Of a DNA stretch of 64,000 nt, positions 1 to 12,875 are shown piece after piece. A model generated the notes under the pieces. The model had not been told where the DNA came from. It saw only the letters and a list, made by a program, of their open reading frames with translations, and made no database searches. The stretch is from Amphiscolops sp. MND2022 (lineage: Eukaryota). Position 1 is the stretch's first letter. Every line of letters starts with the position of its first letter. Made by a program: the position numbers and the translations under genes. The stretch covers positions 6,946,001-7,010,000 of the forward strand of contig OZ076409.1 in the NCBI GenBank assembly GCA_964187785.1, written 5' to 3'.

Positions 1-1330
1 AGAGTTAATTGCTTCGAAAAAGGGGATTGCAATAGCCTCTTTCCGAATCCCGTATAGCCTATAACCATTTTAGGATTCATTTCATTTGGAATTCATCACA
101 AAAATTTCATAATTTCCAAAAAAACTTCCTTGGTCCGTTATGGGAAAGTCGACGCAAAAAGACTGAAAAACGATTCTCCGTATAACACCTATAATAATGG
201 CATCTTGGTATAACATGTAATTCGTGTAACAAATTGTGTATTTGGTATATTTTTTTGTATAATCGTATTTCGTGTACAATACACCGGTCTGCGTGGTCCA
301 TTTAACCCAATTACTCAATGAGCTGAATTTGAACTGAGTTTTTTTTGTGACCGGAATTAGAGGATAGAATGCAGTTCAAATTAGCAGAAGGATGAGAGCT
401 GTCAAACACGTCAAGATAAGATAGTGCAGGACGAGCGTTGCTTCTGTAAATCGAGGCAATTAAAGGGGCATGAAATAAATTTAACACTTCAGGGGATGAA
501 GCACGGACGGAGAAAACAAGGTTGTTTTCACCTCCTCTCGTTGCGATTCGAAATATTCATTCAATACCATCCTCACATCAGATAGCGGCTCTTTTCTGAA
601 CACACACCCCCCTACCATGAAATTTTTTGAGCAAAGTTTACAAAAAATTTCTGAATGGCCCAATTAGAAATAAAATCTTGTTTCGCAACAGAAAGTAAAC
701 TTCTGTTTTTTGTTTTGAACAAATCATTTTTCACACATTCTGACTGTGATTATCTTCGAATTGACTTTTTTGGACGTCACAAAACCGGAAATTGTTGATT
801 TTTAAATCCATAAGGCGAAAAGTGTGAACAAAGTCTATACCCGGATCCCAAACTGTCAATCTGGGAATACATTCAACTTCGAAGGTTTTTGGTTTCAAGT
901 CTTTTTCTGCTAATATTTCAACTCCTTCACTTCGTTTCCAACCCGGTTGCGTCACTGCGAAGCAGGGCTTCGGGGGTTCGAATCGCGGGATGAACAGATT
1001 TTTTTCTGTAAATGAGACCAAAATGTCCCTCTTTGTGTTTGTTTTATTCACTAAAGGGTCGCCTTTCGCTTTCATTGATGTTTCCGATGTGGGAAAGCAT
1101 TCTTAAAAGTCGAGTGGTCATTTATTCCGAATACGGCATTTATTTAATCTACACACTAGAATTTGTTAATGTTTTATAATTCTTTTGCACAATTTAATCA
1201 TTTGCTATAATCTAATTTATGGATCGGTAGCAAAATCGAATGAATCGAGATTCCAGATCAAACTAGACATGCGTTCTGGAGAGGGTTACCTCACAAGGCG
1301 GAACAAAAAAGGTCTTATCTCAACTGCAAC

Positions 1331-1803
1331 CAGAGGTGTGATCGCTAACCATTTCATCGCTAATGGCTCGATTTCATCGCTATCGCTACAACAAAATGGG
1401 TTCGCTAATCGCTAACGCTATCGCTAATTAAAAAACTGATTTTCAAGATATTCATTTATATTTCGGAATTTTACTTCAAAAGTAACAAGTTTTGAAAAAC
1501 TTTTTGTGCAAAATCTAATTCGTCTTGGGTTCTGCACATTGCCGGCCACACTGAATAACCGGTTGACCGAAGCTGTACTGGCTAAAGCAGCCAAAACTTT
1601 CTGGATCAAAATTGTCAATGTTGATTGAGCAGCCATGGACCAATATTTTCCAGCAGAATCATATTTTCAATCGTTCTCTCCTTAACGGCATTGCATTCTG
1701 TTTAGCGATTGAAAATGTTCGCTAACGCCCTAATTTGTCGCTAACTATCGCTATCGCTAATTAATGCTGAATTGCCGCTTACGCTTTCGCTGTCACACCT
1801 CTG
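1331..1803 (-). mobile_element. Internally deleted hAT transposon retaining the transposase C-terminal dimerisation region
   Basis: TIR CAGAGGTGTGA...TCACACCTCTG; exact 8-bp TSD ACTGCAAC (1323-1330, 1804-1811); subterminal TCGCTA repeats. Confidence 0.9.
1424..1636 (-). pseudogene. hAT transposase dimerisation-domain fragment
   Basis: ORF reads LAALASTASVNRLFSVAGNVQNPRRIRF, resembling the hAT motif PASSASVERLFSxAG...RRxRL; lies inside a TIR/TSD-bounded element. Confidence 0.8.
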
Positions 1804-2476
1804 ACTGCAACAGAACAGTTTTGCAACGAAAATCTTTAGTCTTTGGCCGGTTATCTGAAGAAAACGTTCAACTGGCTAAATGAAGCCAATCTCTTACCGA
1901 GAAAAAATGAAACGTTTAGTTTTCAAATGAAACGCTTAGTGTCAATTATAACTACAGATTACTTAGCTGATAGAGATCAAAGTGTTTGAAATAATCAAGA
2001 GCCAACTATTGTGAAATTTGCCAATTACCATACAGTGCCAAAAAACACCTGAAGTTTCGAAAACCCTCGAAACTCGAAAACAGCTTTTTCTGAATTGGAA
2101 ACATTAAAGAACAAGAATTCAAAATTTTTACAAAAGTCGCATTGTGTTGAAAAATCTAGCATTGTCTTGAGACCCTTAAGGTCGCTAAACGCTTTTCCCA
2201 AAGCAATAGAATCTTCAAGGGGTGGTACCTTTTGATCAAATTTAAAATTCAGGTCGTGTTGTTCAGGTCAAGTTGGACTGAAGCAAATTATAAAAGTCCG
2301 TCAGTTCGCTGGTCTTTAAAAAAGCCACTACTGTACAAGTTAGAAAACGTCGACTAAAAATTATGATAGTCTGAAATAATTGGTTGCCCTATTGTGCATT
2401 TAATCAGAGGTGGCTCTTGTAGGAAGGTCTGTCGGCTTTTTGCCGTCCTGATTAGATGGTTGGTTTAATATATCCA

Positions 2477-2772
2477 TTATTGCACATGACGAAGTCAATG
2501 TGCATTGCAGTCCAGCTAAGTAAGTTTTTTTCCACTATAGTCAACTTCATAATGAGCGCCTTTTAGAAAAAAGCCAAAACCCCAGAGAGTTTCGAACCTG
2601 CAGCCTCCCGATTGCACGGCATAAGTGTTGACCACTGTGCCATAGGGACGTTATTGAACAAAGTTGAACTATTGAAAATATACGCATACGATTAAAATAA
2701 TATATATATACGCATAATTAAAATAATCGATGTCTTCGTCATGTGTTGCGAAGCACCGCTTCGCCTCTGTGT
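2477..2772 (+). mobile_element. Helentron/Helitron2-like non-autonomous element, family I copy 1
   Basis: 5' CACATGACGAAG (2483) and 3' subterminal inverse CTTCGTCATGTG (2734), then hairpin GCGAAGC-ACC-GCTTCGC and tail CTCTGTGT; no TSD. Confidence 0.75.
2581..2647 (-). pseudogene. tRNA-derived cassette inside family I element
   Basis: Reverse strand CCCTATGGCACAGTGG...GGTTCGAAACTCTCTGGG with A-box-like and B-box-like motifs at tRNA spacing; imperfect cloverleaf. Confidence 0.65.
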
Positions 2773-3134
2773 ATTGAAGTTATGTTTTTCTTTCCAATCT
2801 GACTTTTATCCTCGAACAGGGTTCCATCAAAGTCAAATTTTGCATTTTGGAAAGGGTTAGTTCATATTTCGCTGCGAATTTTTCGAAAATCCAGAAAAAA
2901 ATTTCAGAAATTACTCGCATACTGCATCGGAAAACTGAAGTTACATAACATCTCAGCCAAGTATAAGGATAATTTTGTGATCATAAACAAAAATATTACT
3001 CTGTACACTATGGATGAGGCAATCCAGACAATTGTACAATTTAAACATCATATCAGGCACGAAATGAGAATCAATCAGTGACAAGTAATCCGTAATTTGC
3101 ACTGCATCATAACATTTATAAGAAACGCTTTCTA

Positions 3135-3905
3135 TTATTTCCGCGATAGCAGGAATATTATTATTTTCCGCCCACATAAATGGGGGAGAAAAATCATGAT
3201 CCGTGACGCGTTTTTTACTAATTCTGCCAAAACTCCACTTTATTTCCACTACATTTATGCACTTTGTTCACTTATGGTGGCTCAGTCAGGTTGTAGGTCC
3301 TGGGTTCGAACTGGTGGTTGAATTTTTTTTGTTTCCCAGCCAGTAGGTCGTGGGTTCGAACCTCTCCTTCGCCATACTTTTTTTTGCAATAAGCGTGTCG
3401 CGGAAAATATCCCGGTGCTTAGCGGGCGTCTTGTTGAAACCTCAATATGTCTACTTTTTTCAGTAAAATTCTTGTCGTGATACTGAAAAAATATTTTGTC
3501 CGACAAAAAATTATTTTGATATTTTGTCCGGCAGTGACTATAAGCGTGAGAATTAATTTTCTCAAGCTGCCGACGACATTTCGTTCTCGTGCGATGGAAC
3601 GAGCGAGTGGTAATTGTGCATTCGTACGCTGACGTCATTGAGATGAAGCGAGCGAATGTTTGTAATTATGCTTTCGTGCGCCGAGTTATTTAGATCAAGC
3701 GAATGAGTGTTAATTGGGAATGCGAAACTTCGTCTACGCTGAGTAGTTAAATTTGCTCTAGCCCGAGATTTAAAGGCGGTATAAACTGGTAGTGATTGAT
3801 TGTGCGCTAAATAATAATTAAACAAGGGTGTATTGGTATTCCAGATATGATTCTATTATTGAAAGATTAAAGCAGAATTAATAGTGTGCCCCAGAGGGGC
3901 CTATT
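3135..3905 (+). mobile_element. Helentron-like family F copy, interrupted by a family G element
   Basis: Homologous to 37495-37886, 55905-56477, 60169-60670 and 61485-61933; 3' TAAAGCAGAA then hairpin GCCCC-AGA-GGGGC and CTATTTT; internal degenerate ~50-bp repeats. Confidence 0.75.
3161..3435 (+). mobile_element. Helentron-like family G copy 1 with two tRNA B-box-like segments
   Basis: 5' TTATTTTCCGC and 3' GCGGAAAAT, hairpin CCCG-GTGCTTAG-CGGG, end CTTGTT; GGTGGCTCAGTC...GGGTTCGAAC twice (about 3277-3372). Confidence 0.8.
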
Positions 3906-3999
3906 TTCTGATAGGATATTAACAGCTAGTTAGCAATATGTAGTTAATCGACCAATTTTGCTCCTAATTATTATGTTCTGTGATTTTATGTTCGACCAA

Positions 4000-4424
4000 T
4001 TTTAGTCGGCGCTTCATGAAGTGAAACGCGCCTTTTATATGGGTTCTTCTTTTTCAATCCACAAGAATTGACCAAAATAGTTCTACAAAGTTACGAAATT
4101 TTATGGTGTCAAGTTGAACCATTTGGCCTAGCGAACAAAATCCTTTGTTTTTCCTTTGTTTCCGCGTTACCGGGCGAGACTAAAGGGTTCCCCTTCGCAG
4201 TTTTTTTCCGGAATTGAGACTTTTTCTGGAAAAAATTATTCCCCAAAGGGTCCCTCCTTCAATGTTTTGCAACAAAAGATATTGAAAAATCCGAAAGTGT
4301 CCCCTTCTAGCGCACCAAATCGGTCCAACTTTTGGGTTTTTCGTGTACTGTAAAAGAATTTTTCACACTTTGAAGTCCCTTTGCTATTTTTGAGCCCTAG
4401 GTATGGCGCCGACTCATTCCGTTC
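4000..4424 (+). mobile_element. Helentron-like family A copy (3' hairpin truncated)
   Basis: Starts TTTTAGTCGGCGC; GCGCCGACT at 4406; internal AAAGGGTCCC-type modules. Confidence 0.8.
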
Positions 4425-4685
4425 AAAAATGTTCTTTTCTTCGCAAAAATGACCTAAAATTGTTTAAAACTTCTGTGGCATTTTTTTCATTCGCAAGTCC
4501 GCCCTAAGAGCTATCAAGATCTAACAAAAGGCTAGCTAGTTTTGTTATACTTTCCCCAAAATTTCTCAAATTGCACATAAAAAAACACTGTATTGATCTT
4601 TGTTACTAAAATCATGAAAGATTCATTAAAAAAGTAGTGTACAAATACAATTTAAAAATATTGAGGTCGAAATTAAAAAGAACAT

Positions 4686-5063
4686 TCATCTAAATTGATA
4701 ATCCCTCCAACATTTTTTACCGTACTCGGGTGTATCCACTTCTCGTTCAAGTTGTTTGAGGAAAAAAGCTTTGGTCTTGTTCTTTATAGTTGCATATGAG
4801 TACGATTTAGTATTCAAGTTTTTCGGCAAGGTGTTCCATAGAGGGACGGTTTTCCTAAAAAAGCTATTTCTCATGAAAGTACTCTCACAGCGCCCAGTAT
4901 ATACAAGTATATCTGTTCTTTCAAGAAATCTGAGCTGAGCGGTTGATGGTTCATTTTCACCAATAAGAGCCGGGATCATTTTATTTTTCCATTTCCAAAA
5001 ATAAAGTACCGTTTTCATGTTGAGCAAATATCGTACCGGTAAGATTTTATACTGTATTTTCAT
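4686..5063 (-). pseudogene. C-terminus of a non-LTR retrotransposon (CR1/L2-type) ORF2
   Basis: Motif RNSFFRKTVPLWNTLP is typical of the end of CR1/L2-group ORF2; a diverged homologue lies at 26229-26413. Confidence 0.75.
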
Positions 5064-5779
5064 ATTTTACACATTAATGACTTTGGTGTAAAAGCAAAAG
5101 TATATACTCAGTTATAGCTTATTACAATTTCGTGTGCAGTGCAACTTTGCATAGAAAGAAGATATGCGATCGTGAAATAGTAAAATTTACATCCACCATG
5201 TTAGGATTTGTGAGGTTTTAATTCAGGACATACGTGATTAAGAGCCTTTTTTCGGCGACCTTGAAGACCCAATGGTCTTCATTGGCTCAATGATGGATGT
5301 TGGTTGCCTCAACTTTGCACAAGATGTGTGTCTGTGATTTTCGGGGCGTGAGTTGACGGGGCTTTCTTGTGCTGTCAGGATTTGGCACATTTTCTAGGAT
5401 TGGATTTGCAAGTCAGTAAGTATGTTTTGAAAAGATCCCTTTCATTGTGGCCATTGCAGTGTGCTCTTTATGTCACAACGTGCGACGTCTACCGACAGAG
5501 AAGAACAAGAAGAACTGAGAAGTGGAATAATTTAATGGAATTGCCAGATGATCAATCTGCGGAGATTCTTTACTACTAGTACCCCCCTGTGTGGACCCGG
5601 TCGCGTTCTGTGTCTGTCACTTCACCTATTTATACTGTCACTTTCATCTGCCAGGCCCATCGCCAACTCATTGCGCCGCCTCTCAAATGTCGCAATGATA
5701 ATGTCTAGCCCGTCTATTTCAATGCCCATTCAATTTCACACTACCTGAGCTCCTATCAAACAAGGTATTCAATGTACCT

Positions 5780-5935
5780 CCTCCTCCTCTACCATTTTTC
5801 ATCTTCCTTTTAATTACATAACCATTTCTCGGAATAGAAAACGAGCGAGGTCTGTTTCGAAACATTGTAAAAACATCACCCAGCTTGTATTTACTAGGAA
5901 AGTCTTTGGATAACAAAGCAACGATCCGTTATTAT
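5780..5935 (-). pseudogene. Decayed LINE apurinic-like endonuclease N-terminal fragment
   Basis: Across frameshifts: NNGSLLCYPK, SLVFYSEKWL and KNGRGGG in the order expected for NxRSL..K, TETWL and GRGGGV; same strand and upstream of the ORF2 end at 4686-5063. Confidence 0.45.
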
Positions 5936-6604
5936 TGTAAGTGCTGTAGTCAAAGTCTTCGACGTGTTTCTATTATTATTTGATGTCGATGCAAGCTCGA
6001 TTTATCCGCAATTGCTAGTTATAAAAGCATCATACACCTGCTTCTGAGGTTGCCGGATGTAATTTCCTTGTTTTATGTTCTCATTTCATCTTCGCTGTGT
6101 CGTAAAGTGCGGCTTTAACTGTTGTTGGTCTTTATGATTGTTTTTGCTAATTTCTCACTTTAGAACCCCGTCGCGTCTTTCAGGGGTCTTGAATTCAGGT
6201 ATGTTTTCCTTGTGAAATTGATTTTTCCTGTTGATTTTCATTTTTAAATATTCTGCGTAAGCTGACATGGTATAGAAGCCGTAAATGTGATTTTTTTCAA
6301 GACCTATTTATCGACCCACTTTGTTAGCCAAATGACTCGCGTTACTCCAAGGCTTTAGGTAGTTTATTTAATTCCGGTAGCAGCGAGACAGTGGTTTCAT
6401 TGAGGCGATTCTAAAGCTTTTTTGGCACGTTGAGGTTTCATATTTTTTGGAGACGTCTCATGTTGCCGTGACTTTGTTGAATGAAAGAGCAATACATGGA
6501 TTTTCAGTTTTTTGTCAGTTAGTTAATTCTCCCTAAATCAACCCAATGAGTGGTTTTATACATTTTAGACACGTCTAAATTCATTTTAGGAGTGATTTTC
6601 CCTG

Positions 6605-7501
6605 TTTTTTTAGCCGGCGCTTTTTGAATTTTCTGAAAAGAAGTACACGACACTTACAGTGGCAAGTTTTTTCAGTCACCTCAAAGCGTACACCTTTGTA
6701 AATTTTGGATTGGTCATAAATTTTGAAATTTTGCCCACTGGTTAACGCAGATTTCCAAGCCTGGTGACGCCTGGGCCTGAGAAGCAGCAGTACGAGGCTT
6801 CGAGTCCCGCACTAAAGTTTTTATGCTTGCAAACATAGAGTAAATACCAAAGCGTCCCCTTTGGGTATTTTCGGCACTATGCGACTCTGAATATATTTAC
6901 CGAAGCCCCCTTCAATTTTGAGCAGAAACGAAGCATAGAGGGACCACAAAGTTTTCCGGAAGTATTCGACATTTCGAAAACTTTTTTGAGGAAAAAATTT
7001 CCCATTTTGGTTTTTTGAAGAAAACCGTTTTCCGAGTCTCAAGGGTGACATCTTCGATTATTTTTAGGGCCTGTGGGATGGATGCCAAGTAAAAAGACCT
7101 CAAATCGAAAATTTTCTCTATACCTGTGGAAAAACCCGTTTTTGGACCTGTTCGACTTTTTTCGATAAAGTATTCATTTGGTTAAAGGGTACCCTGATCA
7201 CTTTTTAAAAAGTTGATGCCTTGAAAAAAGCGTTAAAAAGGGTTTCCTTTTGGGTTTTTTGGCACCATGAGAATTTTTCCGTAAAGAAAAATGTCGACTT
7301 TTTTTTCAAAATTGTGTTTTGTGATGTTACGAGTTAGGGCAAAAACATCTTATGGTTCTCCCTCGGGCGCTCTATTTTTTGGCGCTCTATATTTGATGAA
7401 TTTTCCTAAATAGTGGAATAATTTTGCATAATTTGTCTTTTTGCATGATTTGTCTTTTTGAAATTTGAGTGGTGCGCCGACTTGGGCCGTTCCCGGCTTG
7501 T
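6605..7501 (+). mobile_element. Helentron-like family A copy
   Basis: 5' TTTTAGCCGGCGC; 3' GCGCCGACTTGG-GCCG-TTCC-CGGC-TTGT; weak B-box-like TTCGAGTCCC near 6800. Confidence 0.8.
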
Positions 7502-8392
7502 CATGACAATACTCGTTTCCTGTTAAACCTTTTTCATGTAACTCTTGTTCTGAAATCAGCACAAAAATATCTGCGATAGTAGTTTTCAGAAATAAACACA
7601 CCTTAACTAACAACCTTTTGGGTTAGTGCTTAGAATTTACTATTATTACTCAGAAAACTAAACTATTATGCGAAAAACTTTCCAGTGTTTTCCATAAAAT
7701 CTGTGAGGAAAGTTTTTCGTAGTTGCTTACTACATCGCTTTGAAAAGGACGTATTTTGACAGTTGTTTGGCGAATTTTAGCGCTCCAACATGACTTGCGT
7801 AATTTCAATCTTAATCGTTTCTGAACTTTTTCCAACCCATAGTTGTGCGGATTGTGAACATTCATAACTCTTGATAAACTTTTGATAGTTTCAGTCTCAA
7901 TGTAGATCTAAAATCTGCGCAACGGTTGGCGGTCATTTGTATTCAATGCTAGAAGAAACGCTTTATCAGGAAAACGCTTTTACATTTCTGGAAAGTGATA
8001 ACAACTGTGTTTTTAGATGGTTTCTGAAAAAGCCTCAAAAAGAACATTTGTGGTTTTTGCTTCCAAAAGCTTTGATGTTGGCCGGCCGAGTCGAATTTTG
8101 TGGGTTGAAAGAAATGCTGATAAAAAGTAAATGGATTATTATTGTAGGAAGATTTGAAACGCCAGCCCGTGTTTTCATCAATTTCATGGATTCCTCCCTT
8201 CGCGTATTCTTTGAGAGCTCTTAATACATACATCTTTGTATCTACTTTTGTCTTCTTCCTTTTGTTTTCGGTTCAGCTGCTAGCAACGTGAATAAAAGTA
8301 ACATTCCATTTTTGCGACGCAAAAACGAATTTGTTCCGTCCTGTTTTTTGACCATCGACGTCTCAAAAGTCAAATACATTTACAGCGAAACG

Positions 8393-8995
8393 TTTCGGAG
8401 TCGGAAAAGTTTTCGTACTGCCATTCTACGCCATATTAGGGTCCTATATGCGCAATGACATCAAAATCTTATGACCGGGATCTGAGAAATTTAGCTAAAA
8501 TCAGTCCAAAAATTCTGAAGAAAATGCTTGACAATAAAGTACGTCGACTTTATTTTTAGTCGGATCTTTTGAAGAAAAGTGCCGACTCTTACAGTGTGTA
8601 GTTTTTAGCCACGTATGTATGGTCCTCTTTGTTTATTTGTTCAACAACTTTAATTACGGATGTCCAAAATATACTGGAAACGTCAGAACCTCTAAAACAT
8701 ACCAAGGATCTAACCTTGGCTATCTTTGTGTTTTTAACTTTTTTCGGCACTATGATACTTTTTTTGGCCGTAGGATCAAAATAGCGCTCGCATTTGTCTC
8801 AGCACGCTGTATATGAGCTTTTGAAACGGTTTCCGAGCGCTACAAGCATCCTTTGGGTGTTTCGAAACTTTTTTGTGAGTCTTTTTCAAAAAACATCCCA
8901 AGCATATTTTTTAAACTGCGCCGACTTATGCCGTGCCCCTTGTTCATCATTTTAATCCGTTTTCGACTCCTTTACCGCACATGCGGCTCGGGTTT
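8393..8995 (+). mobile_element. Helentron-like family H copy containing a nested family A copy (about 8554-8945)
   Basis: 5' GGAGTCGG and 3' CGACTCCTTTA-CCGCA-CA-TGCGG-CTCGGGTTT, as at 56586-57563; inner TTTTAGTCGG...GCGCCGACTT ends. Confidence 0.7.
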
Positions 8996-9264
8996 GAAGA
9001 GACATCAAAACTGGTGTGAACGATTAACGTTAAACGGCAGTCCAAGTGACGTGATGTTTCCGATTAGGTAAATTATTGCATTCGAATTGAGCATGTCGAG
9101 TTTTTGCCTCGTGTGATGTTGAATAATCAAATTTAGCCCGTATTGCGAAGTGTTTCCGGGACACTGAAAGCCACTTCCGATTTGCTGCCACTGCAAGGGC
9201 ATACCTAGCATGAGGTCCCACTGTTTTCACCTGATGTATTTCCGTCCGTTTCTATTGATGTTTC

Positions 9265-10198
9265 GCACCATGTGTTTTATCCCCCCCTGGTACACCTTGT
9301 TTCAAGTTTCTCCCCCAACACGAAAGAGCATTTTATTCTTGAAGAGAAATATTTCATTAATGAGACAATTTTATAAGAATGTAAATACATAGAGAATTGT
9401 CTCTACAGCTGTTTTGACACTTCAGGAAAAAAACCCTGATTTTTAGTCGGCGCATTTTAAGTTTTTTTTTCGTCAGACCACAGAATGTATGCGTAGTGGA
9501 CACTTTTTTTTACAGAACTAAACTACTGGACCGGCAAGCGGAAACACCTCTAAGTTAATGCAAAGGGTCCCCCCTTTCGTGTACTCAATTTTTAACGTAA
9601 GATACAAAACCGGACGGGACTATAGGGTCCCCCGTTGAATTTTTCACGGCACTGTGCAACTTTTTTTTCAAAATTTTTTTTGTCGCCAAAGGGTCTCCCT
9701 TCAAGTTTTTTGATATTTTGCAGCAAACTGAAGTTTCAAAAAGCCCAAAGTCTCCCTTTTCTAGTTTTTCAGCACTATGAGACTGTTTTTTTTTCGAAAA
9801 TTCGTTTTTTTTCGAAAATTTCTTTAATGTCTTCAAAGGGTCCCTCTTCAACATTTTTGATATTTTGCAACAAACTGGGTTTGAAAAAGTCCTTAGATAT
9901 AGCGCCGACTTTAGACGTTCCCGTCTTGTTTGAAATGTATCGTCCAATATGGCAAAAATTCACGCTTGGAGCAAGCCAAAATCGCATTGAAAGGCCCCTT
10001 TTTGAATGCAAATTTTCTTTGCAACGAAAAATTAGCAACTTTAAACTGTGAATTGGTGTAAAATATTGGATTATGTTGACATCAATTACTTTTTGGACCA
10101 AAATTTCTCGACCAAATGATGTCGACATAATGGTATTTGAACATTGTTTCTTATTTCCATCCCTCCGCGGCCGCTTGGTCGAATGAGAAACATGGTCC
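9265..10198 (+). mobile_element. GG-terminal MITE with 8-bp TSD (Merlin-like candidate), interrupted by family A
   Basis: Ends GCACCATGTG...AAACATGGTCC; TSD GATGTTTC (9257-9264, 10199-10206); homologous to 59428-59778. Confidence 0.7.
9440..9930 (+). mobile_element. Helentron-like family A copy (GACG/CGTC hairpin variant)
   Basis: TTTTTAGTCGGCGC ... GCGCCGACTTTA-GACG-TTCC-CGTC-TTGTT. Confidence 0.85.
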
Positions 10199-10726
10199 GA
10201 TGTTTCTTTTCAAATCTGTGAGGGTATATAGCTGCCGGCAACTTTTCAAACGGGCAGCATTTAAATTCGTTTTTAGATTTTTCCTGATGTTTTTCGGTTG
10301 CTGTTTAAAGTTAAAGTATTCACTTTGATACATCGAGTGTATGGTAATAGCAAACTGATTGTCTCTTCAAATAACTGCTTTTCTATTTTCATCTTTCGTA
10401 CTAATTGTTTCTCAAAAAATCAATTAACTTCAACTGCATTTGAATATCCATCTGTTTTATTTTGCCTATAATTAGAAATGCGCTGACGTGGCTTGAAAAG
10501 AAATACAATCTTCAAAGTACTTTTTTCTATGATTTTCAAAGAGTAAAATTTCACAAGCGAAAGCTGCTTCCCTTTTTCTGAGAGAGTTTTGAACGAAAAA
10601 GGTGCAAATTTTCGGTCGAAATTGTAGCAGCCTCGATGAGTATTGTGTAATTAATTGCAAAGTCATTCCACCAAACGATAAATTTGTCCACTGAACTAAG
10701 TCTTGATAAAATCCTTGCGGTGTCAC

Positions 10727-11538
10727 CAGAGCCTCTATTTAATTGCGTTAACCATAACGCAATGCTTTACGCAAAATTTGGCCATTTTCATTTATTACGC
10801 AATTTTTTTGGTTTTAACGCAAAATTGGGCGAAATTCTCTCGAAAACAAGCAAAAATGATACAATCATAAAATTTTGAACTACTTGGTTGGAGACTTGTT
10901 TTTATTTTGCCGAAAATTATGGCAATTTTGGTCAATTTTTGTCAATTCTCAAAGACGAGGAAGATACCTACTTTATTTCAAGTTCAATAGACAATTATAA
11001 CGACCCGGTTTTAATTCAGAATTTTATTTTTATTTCTTCTAATTTTCGACCCTTGACCGAAGCTGTGACAAAACTACAGTCAAGACAATCCCTCGTTGAA
11101 AGTTTGACTATAGTTCAGAAGTTGCGGTCCGATTTGACTTTAGACCCATACAAGTCCAAACTCGAAGCAATATTGAAGAAAAATCCAGATTTGCAGAAAT
11201 TTATTGAGGTTTCAAATGTCTTATCCGGGAAAACCGTCAAAGAATGGCAAAATTATATGAAAGACGCGGAAAAGTTCAAGAATGCGCAAATTGTGTCTGT
11301 GAAGATAGAGTTTTCTCAGCAATGGGTGATTTTCAGGCTGCTAAACGACAAACTCTGTCAGTGTCAAATTTGCGACAATACAGTGTCATTTATTGGTATT
11401 TAAATGTTGTCAATTCCTCTGATTTAATTTAATTTTATAATTTTAACGCAATTTTTGTTAGTTTATTGCGCAATTTTTTACGCAATTTCAGGTATTTTTA
11501 ACGCTATATATTTTTAACGCTATAAAATAGAAGCTCTG
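10727..11538 (+). mobile_element. Internally deleted hAT transposon
   Basis: TIR CAGAGCCTCTATTT...AAATAGAAGCTCTG; exact TSD GGTGTCAC (10719-10726, 11539-11546); subterminal TAACGC repeats. Confidence 0.9.
10879..11410 (+). pseudogene. hAT transposase C-terminal half, frameshifted
   Basis: TWLETCFYFAENY (RWGTWL-type), KLEAILKKNPDL, FKNAQIVSV, then after a frameshift EDRVFS...KRQTLSVSNL (VERSFS-type dimerisation motif). Confidence 0.75.
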
Positions 11539-12516
11539 GGTGTCACTCAATGACCCACTTTTCAACAGACGTTTAGCAACTTGACTTTTATAGAATACAT
11601 TCTATGGGCGACGCCTCTTGTTTTTGCTGAATCTGCGTGAAATAACAAACCAAATGAGACACAAAAAACGTGTTTTTCGGCACTGTGCGACCTTTTTAAA
11701 AACGTCTTCTGTATTTCAAGCTTTTCCTGTCAAGAAATATTGCTATTGTGAGTTCAAAATATCAAAAAATCAGGGTATTTTTTGCTGCACGTTTAAAAAA
11801 ACCTGTAGAGACAACCCTCAAATATTTGTAACCTTATCAAATTCTTTCATTCATGTAAAAATTTTCACGAAAAAAGTGATTTTCGGTGTTGGGGGTAGAA
11901 ATGAGAAACATGGTCCCGAAAATCATTTCATGAGCCGCAGATAATGCCCAGTGGATTTGTGTTAATTTAGCTGGATGATTTCTTTCAACGGTTTCTTTGA
12001 AGTACAGTCAAGTGTGAACAACATTTCCCCCAATCAGTGGGAATTCCACGGACGCAGGTCATAATTGATAGCTGTTTTCTTTCCTGAATTCAAATTGGCT
12101 CTTTCATCGATTTGTATGGGCATGTTTAGAAGTGATTTATTGCGAACAAGGACCTTAATCAGGTTGAATTAGACAGGAATTCAAGCCCAACCTCCAACTT
12201 GTATCGGCACAAATCAATGGGGCGGAAACAATACGGGCATCAAGCTGTGTTCTTAAATTGCTACTGCTTATTCGTTCATAAAAGTTGTTGAATTTGAAAT
12301 TCCTATTTTGGGTTGCAATGAAGATTTAGATTTTGTGGTAGTGAACGTTTTAGACGAAGTCAATTGGATTTATCCGAAAACAACGAAGATTGTTTATTGT
12401 TTTGAATCAATTCCTATGATGATGTTATAAAATGGTAATTTTCGGAAAACGGTATCGGAACTGTTCTCCAAAAACTATCAAGGTCCTAATTATCAAGTTT
12501 TTTCAAACATTGGAAT

Positions 12517-12875
12517 CAGAGTTTTGACACCGCTAATTAGCGATCTAGCGAATTAGCGGCCGCGCGGGAATTTTTCAGCGATTTGATTAGCGATTCAAAT
12601 TAGCGGCAACTAATAAAAAGTACAAAATCAAAATTTCCCCAGAATCTGACACGGAGATTCAAAAAGAATTACGAAAATTTCAACTCTCACCCTTGCAAAA
12701 CCCACCCAATATGAGAAAAATTCCACTTTTTTGCAAAATCTAAATGAAGTTATCTTTTATTTTGAAATATATTTAAACCAAACATCCAATAGTTTGAGAA
12801 AAATTTCAGCGAAATAGCGAATTTGAAATTAGCGGTTTAGCGATTAGCGAAAAAAATAGCGATGTCAAAACCCTG
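12517..12875 (+). mobile_element. hAT-type MITE, family B
   Basis: TIR CAGAGTTTTGACACCGCTA...TAGCGATGTCAAAACCCTG; exact TSD ATTGGAAT. Confidence 0.9.

Noticed and set aside
660..800. Segment homologous (inverted) to about 24660-24780
   Set aside because: Probably an old dispersed repeat, but termini could not be defined.
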